Shown here piece after piece: positions 1-8,639 of a stretch of DNA of 64,000 bases. The stretch's first letter is position 1; the number at the start of each line of letters is the position of its first letter. This DNA comes from an uncultured virus (IMG/VR IMGVR_UViG_3300015608_002806) (Duplodnaviria; Heunggongvirae; Uroviricota; Caudoviricetes): the IMG/VR virus record IMGVR_UViG_3300015608_002806; one strand, written 5' to 3'. The notes beneath the pieces are model-generated. The model was not told where the DNA came from, made no database searches, and was given only the letters and a program-made list of their open reading frames with translations. The position numbers and the translations under genes are program-made.

Positions 1-26
1 TCTTTTTGAACAAAAGAAAAACACAA

Positions 27-123
27 CAATCCCCTCAAACAAAGGAATTGTGAATTGACTCTGAAAACTGGTCCGTCACTACCGTTTGCAAAGTAATTAC
101 AATTCCTTTGTTTGAAAGGATTG
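27..123. repeat. Imperfect inverted repeat (arms about 30 bp)
   Basis: caatcccctcaaacaaaggaattgtgaatt (~27-56) pairs with aattacaattcctttgtttgaaaggattg (~95-123). Confidence 0.65.
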
Positions 124-600
124 AAGTTTTGTGTTTGTTTTTAGATTTATACCGGAATTACCTCAATTGAGGCGCGCTTTATCTCAACAAACTCTACAAT
201 TGAGTCTTTTGTGAGAGAGTAGATCCTGAATCCACTAAAATCTACCCATTTTTGGGAGCTTTCATTCCAAAACAACACACTTTGACAAGTGTATTTGTTT
301 TTGTTCATAGAGACTATTTTACACACGTATGTGTTAGCCTCAGAACATGTATAGAGAAAGAAAGAATCGAAGGAAGCATTTTGCAATGTCTTTTTCATTT
401 GTTTGTTCCCTTCTGAAAATCAAACCCTCAAAAGACAATGCGACAACACCAGTCCTAGCCCTTTGGATTGGTTATTTTTTGTGCTGATTGCATTTACAAA
501 CCACGCAGCTTTCCAAGGCATTGACGAGGCTTGTAATTGGAGTGTTATCAACACAAAAACAATTGTCACATTGTCTTTTGAGAATCCGATTGTGACATTG

Positions 601-620
601 GGGGAACCGAATTGTTCCCC
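601..620. terminator. GC-rich hairpin just downstream of the 637..1293 gene; possible terminator
   Basis: ggggaac-cgaatt-gttcccc perfect 7-bp stem; no clear U-tract on the minus strand. Confidence 0.35.
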
Positions 621-636
621 CATTTGTCATCTTGGA

Positions 637-1293
637 TCACTCGGCAATGTCTTCCGAATCCTCCGAATCCTCGACCAGATCATCGTTATTGAGGCTTTCG
701 AGATATTCGCTCATAGTTTCCAAACCGCGAACAATCGCGGGCTGGAGACGCTTGGAGACTTCACGACCATCCAAACCGAGATCGATCAGTTGATTCACGA
801 GGGTTTCAAGAGCCTTGCGATTGCCCGAACCTTCACGAATCGACTCGGAATCCGAGGATCCCCACGCATAGAGGAAATCCGCAAACTTGCGGAGGTGACC
901 ATCGGGAGCAAATGCGGCGAGATTCTGTCCCACGGGAAGATCCCCGCAAAAGATCTCACGACCCTTCTGGCGGAAGTTTCCGAAAGCATCCTCGATTCGA
1001 GAGAGATCCCGATTCTCTCCCTTCTCGCGATCATTGCGAACCTGAAAAGGTCCGAAAGCCTTGCACGCGAGCATGAACATTTCGGCATTCTTAGCGAGCT
1101 TGGTTTGCACCTTGCTCGAACGACGGATCGTTTCCTTCTCCCTTTCGTGCTTCTCCCATTGTGCGTCCACCTGCGCCTGGAGATCCGAATCACTAAGATT
1201 CGGATTCATGCCACGCAAAAGCGTCGTGGCAGTATTGTAGAAAACTTCCTTCTCGCTCTTCGGACCACGCTTGCGACCAATAACGTTCGACAT
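637..1293 (-). CDS. Hypothetical protein (basic N-terminus, acidic C-terminus) in a GC-richer segment
   Basis: 218-aa ORF with ATG preceded by SD-like AAAAGGA; protein-like composition, unlike the overlapping antisense ORF. Confidence 0.65.
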   Translation of the reverse strand: MSNVIGRKRGPKSEKEVFYNTATTLLRGMNPNLSDSDLQAQVDAQWEKHEREKETIRRSSKVQTKLAKNAEMFMLACKAFGPFQVRNDREKGENRDLSRIEDAFGNFRQKGREIFCGDLPVGQNLAAFAPDGHLRKFADFLYAWGSSDSESIREGSGNRKALETLVNQLIDLGLDGREVSKRLQPAIVRGLETMSEYLESLNNDDLVEDSEDSEDIAE

Positions 1294-2189
1294 TTTGAAT
1301 TGTCCTTTTGTTTGAATTGCTCGTCTACCTGAATTGTGGAATTGAACCGCAATCCCACAAATTAGAACCTAATCCTTGCCTTTTTGGGCATTTCCTAGTT
1401 GTCCACACTAGGCGTCTTTTCCACGTCTGCAAACAAGCCCCAAAACGAGCTTGACGGACATTGCAGAACGCTTATTGATCTTTGTATACCGGATTAGATC
1501 CTAAGTTGTGAAGTTGGGTTTCGTGGGGGAAGGGCGTTTCCCGTTCCCCTGCACGCATACCTTACGAACCGCCTTTCGAGCGTCAAGCCTTCAACGCTCT
1601 TTTCTTTTGGCACGGCCCTTGCAGGCCGAAACCGTTATTGATCCTACAGAGTTTCCTGATACTTATATCCCTGGATCCTCTCATAAGGCCATCGGGTTTC
1701 GGTTCCCTGGAATGCACGATTCCAGAGAATGATTGTTGCGAGCCTGTAACCGCATGATCTCGCAGCTTCATTCTTCGATTCCCCCTTGAGAATCGCGAAG
1801 TTGAACATGGAGATCACCGCGAAGCGTTGAGCGTTTTTTTCGAGATTGAAGGGATCCCCACGCTTGATCCGGGGATAACCCGTCACGTCATGGGAGGGAA
1901 GGTCATTGCTCTTTTCCATGTTGAACCTCACACGGGAATTGTGATTCTGGATCATTTTACCTTATCCTTTGTTTGGATGGTTTGGGTTTCCATCCCCCAT
2001 GCCTGAATGATAGGCACCGTGGATTCGTTCNNNNNNNNNNNNNNNNNNNNNNNNNNNNNNNNNNNNNNNNNNNNNNNNNNNNNNNNNNNNNNNNNNNNNN
2101 NNNNNNNNNTCCCTCATGCTGGGAAGATAGGATCCCGTCCAACGCCGACAAGGGAGCCAATACGGTTTCAGTGGGTTTCAGTGGGAGAT

Positions 2190-3270
2190 CAATATAGAGA
2201 ACAATTAGGAACAATGAATGAATATGAATGAATGTGTACATGTAGATATGTGTATGTGTATATATATGAATATATAAGTAAATATTCAGGTAAGAGTTTT
2301 GTAATGTGGTCAAATGTGAAGCAATTGTAATTGTGTGTAAGTATGTGTAATTGTAAAGGATGCAATGATGAATGGTTATAAATGGTTAGGATGATATGTT
2401 TATGATTGGTGAGGGATATCAACACCTTACACCACCTCTTGATTATTAGATACCCATTCAATTGCAATGTATGTGTAACCATTTGTATTTCTTTGTAATA
2501 TCTCATTACGGAATGTGAATCCTTGTGAAGGGGGGGGGGAGAGGGGAGAGGGGGAGACCCCTCCCAAATACGCACCCCATTTTTCCAAATTATAAAACTC
2601 TCCAATATTTATTACATGTTTTGTCATTGCTGTGTATATAATTGTAATGATTTGTATTTGTTTGTAATAATGCTGTAATTGTTTGTATTGGTTGTATGTG
2701 TGCTGTAATGATCCCTGTTTCCCCATCATTCATTCAATCATCCCCATAGCCCCCCTGAATATCAATTGTGGATTTGATATCCCCCATCATGACCCATCCC
2801 CATCATTGATGTTGTGGCACCACCCAAATCAATTGTTTTATATTGATTTCAGGCATTGCATTCATCCCATCAATTCATTGAATTATTATATATGTGGATT
2901 GTTTATATAAATCATTTATTGTATTGCATATACATATACATATACATATAACAGCACATAATATATATACCATTCATTATAATACCAGCAATTATAATAT
3001 AAACCATTACAATATATATAATATATGATAACAATATTGTAATTTTGATAAAAAAAAATCTTGATAAGTCTCAGAATATAAAATTCTTAATTACCAAGGG
3101 TGAAAATTAAATTGTAATTGTTGTAATATTAATTGTAATTTATTTATTAATACTGAATTTAATTACTTGATCCTGTCATGTTAACGCTGTAATTCACCGT
3201 GTCATGTTAAGTCTTATAATAAGAATTCAATATATTATACATTACAACCAATATACAACATAATTATGGG
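2190..3270. other. Long low-complexity non-coding region with a G-tract; candidate origin, terminal or regulatory region
   Basis: Only spurious-looking ORFs; TATG/TGTA-type low complexity; G10 plus G4/G5 runs at 2530-2554; G-rich before ~2555, with C-runs after. Confidence 0.5.
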
Positions 3271-3277
3271 GATTTTA

Positions 3278-3682
3278 TTAAAAATGAAAAAATTTCTTAT
3301 ATTCATAATTTATATCAAAATAATCCTCTTCTTCTTTCCACAATGTTGAAACATCATTATCATCATTATTTTTTTTGTATAAATAAATATATTGTGTTTG
3401 TTTTAAATCTGATTTTTGAATATATATCCAAATTTCATTTGGTAATCTATTGTTTCCTTTTCTTGTAATATATTGATCATTTATTGTCCATGATATTGTA
3501 ATAATATTATAATATCCATATTCACCTGATTCAGAATATGTTATTAATGTTGGTTTGTCATCATTTGTATTCTGATTAATGATGGTGGGGGAAAATTCAA
3601 AATAATCACCATCAGATGCTTGTCTAATATTAAATTTATCATAATACAATTGATATGTTTTTAATGTTGTATTTATTTTCAT
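3278..3682 (-). CDS. Divergent M(K/I)INT...YFDIN family protein (family B)
   Basis: Starts MKINT; has PTLITY..G...ISW and LPNEI motifs; ends EDYFDINY. Confidence 0.8.
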   Translation of the reverse strand: MKINTTLKTYQLYYDKFNIRQASDGDYFEFSPTIINQNTNDDKPTLITYSESGEYGYYNIITISWTINDQYITRKGNNRLPNEIWIYIQKSDLKQTQYIYLYKKNNDDNDVSTLWKEEEDYFDINYEYKKFFHF

Positions 3683-4069
3683 TTATTTGACTCTTATTCC
3701 ATTTTTCCAATATTCTTGTCTTGTTGTATTTCCATCTTCATTATATACAATAATGGCAGGACCATTATCGTTATGACGTTTACCGTTTATATACCATGAT
3801 TTATATGCAACATTTCCATTTTCATAATATGAAATATAAGCAGGACCGTTCTCATTATGACGTTCATTATTTATACACCATTCTTTGTATTGAATATTTC
3901 CATTTGAATCATATACAATAACAGCAGGGCCATTCTCGTTATGCCATTTATTATTTTCATTTTTCCATATTAATTCAATTGTATATCCATCATTATTTAT
4001 TTGTGACGGTGGATTATATTTAATTCCATCAATTATTGTGTCTATTTTATAGAATGTATTTATGATCAT
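3683..4069 (-). CDS. HNENGPA-repeat (MORN-variant-like) protein, 3 repeats (family A)
   Basis: 128 aa; conserved N-cap MIINT.YK.DTIIDGIKYNPPS, 28-aa repeats, C-cap QEYWKNG. Confidence 0.9.
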   Translation of the reverse strand: MIINTFYKIDTIIDGIKYNPPSQINNDGYTIELIWKNENNKWHNENGPAVIVYDSNGNIQYKEWCINNERHNENGPAYISYYENGNVAYKSWYINGKRHNDNGPAIIVYNEDGNTTRQEYWKNGIRVK

Positions 4070-4076
4070 TTATTTA

Positions 4077-4460
4077 TTAATTCCAATTATTAAAATTTAT
4101 ATCAAAATATTTCTCTATTTGATGAACAATCTCAGTCATATATTCATATATCGAATAAGAAAATCTGTTTCCATCTGAAATATATATACTATTTGCTTTG
4201 CTGTAGGATCTTTTGAAATAAAAGAATCCAATAAATCCTTGATCTTTAATGAAATTCTCAACCTTTATCCATTCTATAAGAATGTCTCCATTTTTGTGAA
4301 ATACAAATTTTGTTGGTAAATCTTTATTTAATCTTTCTTTATTTTGATCATTTACAAATGTGAATCTTGTAAATTTTGGACAGCTATAAACATCAATTTC
4401 CTCATTTGATAATATTGGGTGTTGAAGTTGTAATATTTTTTGTTTTGTATTTATTTTCAT
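4077..4460 (-). CDS. Divergent M(K/I)INT...YFDIN family protein (family B)
   Basis: Starts MKINT; LPTKFVFHKNGDILIEW; ends KYFDINFNNWN. Confidence 0.8.
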   Translation of the reverse strand: MKINTKQKILQLQHPILSNEEIDVYSCPKFTRFTFVNDQNKERLNKDLPTKFVFHKNGDILIEWIKVENFIKDQGFIGFFYFKRSYSKANSIYISDGNRFSYSIYEYMTEIVHQIEKYFDINFNNWN

Positions 4461-4931
4461 TTATTTAATTTTTATTCCATTTTTCCAATATTCTTGTCTT
4501 ATTATGTTTCCATCTTCATCATATCCAATAATAGCAGGACCATTCTCGTTATGACATTTACCATTTATATACCATGATTTATATGAAACATTTCCATTTG
4601 AATAATATCTAATAACAGCAGGACCATTCTCGTTATGCAATTTATCATTTATCCACCATGATTTATATTTAACATTTCCATTTTCATCATATCCAATACG
4701 AGCAGGACCATTCTCGTTATGCCATTTATCATTTATCCACCATGATTTGTATTCAATATTTCCATTTAAATCATATACAATAACAGCAGGACCATTCTCG
4801 TTATGATATTTATTATTTTCATTTTTCCATATTAATTCAATTGTATATCCATCATTATTTATTTTCGATGGTGGATTGTATTTAATCCCATCAATTATTG
4901 TGTCTATTTTGTATAATGTATTTATGATCAT
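4461..4931 (-). CDS. HNENGPA-repeat protein, 4 repeats (family A)
   Basis: 156 aa; same caps and 28-aa repeats. Confidence 0.9.
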   Translation of the reverse strand: MIINTLYKIDTIIDGIKYNPPSKINNDGYTIELIWKNENNKYHNENGPAVIVYDLNGNIEYKSWWINDKWHNENGPARIGYDENGNVKYKSWWINDKLHNENGPAVIRYYSNGNVSYKSWYINGKCHNENGPAIIGYDEDGNIIRQEYWKNGIKIK

Positions 4932-4932
4932 T

Positions 4933-5283
4933 TTATTTATCCCATTTATTGAAATTTATATCTAAATAATTTTCAGTTTTGTTTTTGAATATTTGATCGC
5001 CAATAATATATTCATATTCACAAAAAAATTCATCATCATTTGATTTGGGATTATATATTTGAACATAATTGCATTTGTCTTGTCCTCTTTCAATATATTT
5101 TCCCGCTTTAAACCAAAGAAGTGCTATTAATTCATAATGACTTTCTTGTTCTATTCTTATAATAGATGGCTTGTTTGTGTCTATTTTATTATTATTGATA
5201 ACAATTATATCTGAGATAGGATGAAATTTTACATCCATTCCAGATAATAATTCATATGTTTTTGATGTTGTGTTTATTATCAT
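4933..5283 (-). CDS. Divergent M(K/I)INT...YFDIN family protein (family B)
   Basis: Start moved to MIINT at 5283 (ATGA overlap with the upstream stop); ends NYLDINFNKWDK. Confidence 0.78.
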   Translation of the reverse strand: MIINTTSKTYELLSGMDVKFHPISDIIVINNNKIDTNKPSIIRIEQESHYELIALLWFKAGKYIERGQDKCNYVQIYNPKSNDDEFFCEYEYIIGDQIFKNKTENYLDINFNKWDK

Positions 5284-5681
5284 TGTTCTGTATTCCAAAA
5301 TTGATAATTTATATCAAAATAATCCTCTGATACTGTCATCACCACTGTTGGTTTGTCTGCTGTTCCTTCTCTTATTTCATATATATATTTATTAATGTTT
5401 TTAAAAATACAATTTGGTTGATTTGGATTTTTTCGAGCTACGTATTTCACACCTTTCCACCAATAATCAGCAGGAATTCCTGGTGACATCCAAGACAATG
5501 AAACAAGTCCATTTGTACCAAAAACAAATACTGTGGGTAAATCTTGAAACAATCTTTGTTTTGTTGTTTCAGGATTAAATTTACACAAAGATACACTATC
5601 AATATTTTTTATTTGTAAACCTGGAATGGAAGATATATTATAATATATATTATTTATTTTATTTAATGTATTGATCAACAT
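5280..5681 (-). CDS. Divergent M(K/I)INT...YFDIN family protein (family B)
   Basis: Start moved to MLINT at 5681; LPTVFVFGTNGLVSLSW and QPNCI motifs; ends EDYFDINYQFW. Confidence 0.78.
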   Translation of the reverse strand: MLINTLNKINNIYYNISSIPGLQIKNIDSVSLCKFNPETTKQRLFQDLPTVFVFGTNGLVSLSWMSPGIPADYWWKGVKYVARKNPNQPNCIFKNINKYIYEIREGTADKPTVVMTVSEDYFDINYQFWNTEQ

Positions 5682-6030
5682 CTTTTTCAGCAACATCCTT
5701 TTGTTCTAAAACAAATCCACTTTTATCAAGCCAATATATTTTGTATACATTGTTTTCATCATCAAAATAAATTCTATTTGGTTTATTGTTTGATCTTATG
5801 TGATACATATCGCCATCAAACCATTCAATATTTATAATTTTTCCTAAATTAATATTAAATTCAACTATTGTCGGCCTATCATAATAAAAAAATATTTGCA
5901 TTTGTTCTTTATATGTTAAGAAATCAATATATTTTTTTTCTCCTGCTCCTGATATTTTAATATTCATTCTGCTAAACATATCTGTGTTATACATGATTCC
6001 AAATGTTTTTTTAAAGGTATTTATTTTCAT
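5659..6030 (-). CDS. Divergent MKINT family protein (family B, lacks YFDIN tail)
   Basis: Starts MKINT; RPTIVEF...GKIINIEW and KPNRIYF motifs. Confidence 0.75.
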   Translation of the reverse strand: MKINTFKKTFGIMYNTDMFSRMNIKISGAGEKKYIDFLTYKEQMQIFFYYDRPTIVEFNINLGKIINIEWFDGDMYHIRSNNKPNRIYFDDENNVYKIYWLDKSGFVLEQKDVAEKDVDQYIK

Positions 6031-6326
6031 TTATTAAATTGTTTCCTATATGTTTTGAAACATCCATTACAAATATTTCCATTTATTTTTTCTTGTTTGG
6101 GGAATGTATTTGAGCATTTTCTACAAACAAAGAAATGTATTTTTTCTTTTATAAAAGGTTCAGGATTTTTTATATGATCCCATGTTTCACCTTTTATTGC
6201 TTTTATTAAAGCAAAATATTCAACATTTAATTGTTTTGATATTTCTTTAATGTTTTTACCAGCCCATGCTTGTTTTCTGGCTTCAACAACAATGTCATAA
6301 TTTAATTTTTGATATTTATTTTTCAA
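6027..6326 (-). CDS. Small putative DNA-binding protein (HTH plus C-terminal CxxC..CxxC zinc ribbon)
   Basis: KL..DIV.EAR...IKEISKQLNV...IKGETWDHI resembles the HTH at the C-terminus of phage HNH endonucleases; CRKC...CNGC. Confidence 0.6.
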   Translation of the reverse strand: MKNKYQKLNYDIVVEARKQAWAGKNIKEISKQLNVEYFALIKAIKGETWDHIKNPEPFIKEKIHFFVCRKCSNTFPKQEKINGNICNGCFKTYRKQFNK

Positions 6327-6339
6327 AATTTTATCTCAT

Positions 6340-6726
6340 TTATTTAATTTTTCTTCCATTTTTCCAATATTCTTGTTTTCCTATATTTCCATTTGAATAA
6401 TATCTAATAACAGCAGGGCCATTTTCGTTATGTAGTTTGCCATTTATACACCATTCTTTGTATTGAATATTTCCGTTTTCATAATATGCAATAAAAGCAG
6501 GACCATTCTCATTATGACGTTCATTATTTATACACCATTCTTTGTATTGAATATTTCCATTTGAATAATATTGAATAAAAGCAGGACCGTTATCATTATG
6601 ATTTTTATCATTTTCATTTTTCCATATTAATTGAATTATATATCCATTATTAATTGTTTGTGATGGTAGATTGTATTTAATTCCATCAATTATTGTATCT
6701 GTTTTGTAAAGTGTATTTATGATCAT
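6340..6726 (-). CDS. HNENGPA-repeat protein, 3 repeats (family A)
   Basis: 128 aa; same caps and repeats. Confidence 0.9.
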   Translation of the reverse strand: MIINTLYKTDTIIDGIKYNLPSQTINNGYIIQLIWKNENDKNHNDNGPAFIQYYSNGNIQYKEWCINNERHNENGPAFIAYYENGNIQYKEWCINGKLHNENGPAVIRYYSNGNIGKQEYWKNGRKIK

Positions 6727-7062
6727 TTATTTTTCCATAATGGATAAAAGTCTATCAGGAGGCATTGGTACATAAATTAATTCACCATTTTTAACATGTA
6801 AATCTGTTGGTTTTTTATTATAAAACGCAATCAAAAACCACAATGAAGGATCATTATAGTATTTTGATGCTAATTTAAAAAATTTCTCACCAAATTTCCA
6901 AGTAATTGGAATTAAATTAAATTCCAATATTTCATCTTCTGTTGGATAATTATATTCTTTTGAAATATAATGTGTTATTGATTTCATTTCTCTTTGAGAG
7001 AGAAAAGAAGAATAAGATTCAGATTTTGTTATTTTTTCATCTCTTGATTCATTTCTATTCAT
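6727..7062 (-). CDS. LysM-like baseplate protein (P2 gpX / T4 gp53-like)
   Basis: GEKFFKLASKYYNDPSLWFLIAFYN...GELIYVP LysM-type pattern; lies downstream of tape measure and tube initiator. Confidence 0.72.
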   Translation of the reverse strand: MNRNESRDEKITKSESYSSFLSQREMKSITHYISKEYNYPTEDEILEFNLIPITWKFGEKFFKLASKYYNDPSLWFLIAFYNKKPTDLHVKNGELIYVPMPPDRLLSIMEK

Positions 7063-7067
7063 TTTTT

Positions 7068-7391
7068 TTACTCAATTGGCCATGGAATATTAGTTTCTTG
7101 TTCAAATTTTTTAACTGCTTCAATTGTTTTCTTTTCTTGCTCTATTAAGCTTTTTGAAACAAATCCTTCTTTTTGAGCCAAGAGAAAGAATTTTCTTTCT
7201 TCTTTTAAAGCATTAATAAATGCATCAATTTGAGATTTTGTTCCTTTTAATTTAATATTCTTATTTTCATTTAATTTTGAATTTTTAACAAACCACTTAA
7301 TCCATTCGCCAAATGTGGCAAGCCATGATTCATTTAATTCATCAGAATTATATGAATTTTCATTTTCAAAAATAATTGTAAATTTATTCAT
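7068..7391 (-). CDS. Hypothetical phage protein
   Basis: 107-aa co-oriented ORF ending FEQETNIPWP. Confidence 0.7.
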   Translation of the reverse strand: MNKFTIIFENENSYNSDELNESWLATFGEWIKWFVKNSKLNENKNIKLKGTKSQIDAFINALKEERKFFLLAQKEGFVSKSLIEQEKKTIEAVKKFEQETNIPWPIE

Positions 7392-7403
7392 TTTTTATTT
7401 TTC

Positions 7404-7706
7404 CTATTTAATCTTTATTCCGTTTTTCCAATATTCTTGTCTTATTATGTTTCCATCTTCATCATATCCAATAATAGCAGGACCATTTTCGTTATGTTCT
7501 TTACCATTTATATACCATGATTTATATTCAACATTTCCATTTGGATAATATTCAATAAAAGCAGGACCATTCTCGTTATGACATTTACCATTTTCTTTTT
7601 TCCACATTAATTCAATTACATTTCTGTAATTATTTATTTGTGATGGTGAATTGTATTTAATCCCATCAATTATTGTGTCTATTTTATATAATGTATTTAT
7701 TTTCAT
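7404..7706 (-). CDS. HNENGPA-repeat protein, 2 repeats (family A)
   Basis: 100 aa; same caps and repeats. Confidence 0.9.
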   Translation of the reverse strand: MKINTLYKIDTIIDGIKYNSPSQINNYRNVIELMWKKENGKCHNENGPAFIEYYPNGNVEYKSWYINGKEHNENGPAIIGYDEDGNIIRQEYWKNGIKIK

Positions 7707-8639
7707 TTATTTAATTCCGCTTTTTCTAAGTAAATTATTCATTGGATTATTCTTATTTGAAGGCTCAAAAGAATCAGCGTTTAACAAATCATGCGTGATC
7801 GAATCAGTAATTTCACCAGAGCGAATTGGATTTTCTATTGTTTGCGTTGGATTATCTGAAAATTCACCCTTGTTTACAACAAAACTTCTATTTAAACCAT
7901 ATGGGAAAATAATATCGGCTTGGCCTCCATCATTTGAATTTCCTGATGCTGAAGAGTCATCAAAACCTAATTGATGATTATGTAATACTCTATATGATAT
8001 TTGTATTTCAATTATCTTTGGATACATTGACAAAGCATCTCCTTTATCTGTTGCTTGACCTTGTTTTGTCATTCTATCAATATATCCACTATTAACTTCA
8101 ACATAGGTACCATATTGTAATAACATTTGAACGTTAAATCCACCATCAATAAAACCATACAATCCACCACCAGTTTTAACATCTTGTATTAAATTACCAA
8201 ATTTCAATCTTAACAACGGGGCTGCTTTAATGTCTGATATAGAGAGATTAGAAAAATTTTCTCCATTTTTAATTTGATATCCTGTTGTTGAAATTTTTGG
8301 ATACAAAAAATTTGTTAACATACTTATTTTTCTAAGATTTTCTCTAGCTGATTGTAAATCATGAGCTGGAATTCTCCATGTTAAATTGTATTTTCTTCTT
8401 GTTTTGGAAAAATTATAAATACCATCCATTTTTCCCCAAACATCTTCACTTTCCCAATCACTTTCATATTGGTCACTCATTGATTCGAGCATTGCCCAAA
8501 ACTCAACGGTTGGAACCCCATTGCTTGTTGATTTTTCTTGAATTGAATTAACATATTCAAATCTCAACAAAGCCATTCCTTCTTCGTGTGCTCTAATATA
8601 ATTTAAATCAAGATTCGATGATGATGTGTGTTTTGCCAT
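7707..8639 (-). CDS. Putative tail tube initiator / baseplate-tube junction protein
   Basis: Directly downstream of tape measure; tube-fold-like motifs (W...DVWGKMD.IY.F..T.R, APLLRLKFGNL, PKIIEI.ISY). Confidence 0.6.
   Translation of the reverse strand: MAKHTSSSNLDLNYIRAHEEGMALLRFEYVNSIQEKSTSNGVPTVEFWAMLESMSDQYESDWESEDVWGKMDGIYNFSKTRRKYNLTWRIPAHDLQSARENLRKISMLTNFLYPKISTTGYQIKNGENFSNLSISDIKAAPLLRLKFGNLIQDVKTGGGLYGFIDGGFNVQMLLQYGTYVEVNSGYIDRMTKQGQATDKGDALSMYPKIIEIQISYRVLHNHQLGFDDSSASGNSNDGGQADIIFPYGLNRSFVVNKGEFSDNPTQTIENPIRSGEITDSITHDLLNADSFEPSNKNNPMNNLLRKSGIK

Noticed and set aside
403..1332. 309-aa plus-strand ORF
   Set aside because: Antisense shadow of 637..1293, which has an ATG, an SD and more natural composition
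1508..2910. Short ORFs around the first gap and in the low-complexity region
   Set aside because: Overlapping, biased composition, no motifs, and some span Ns
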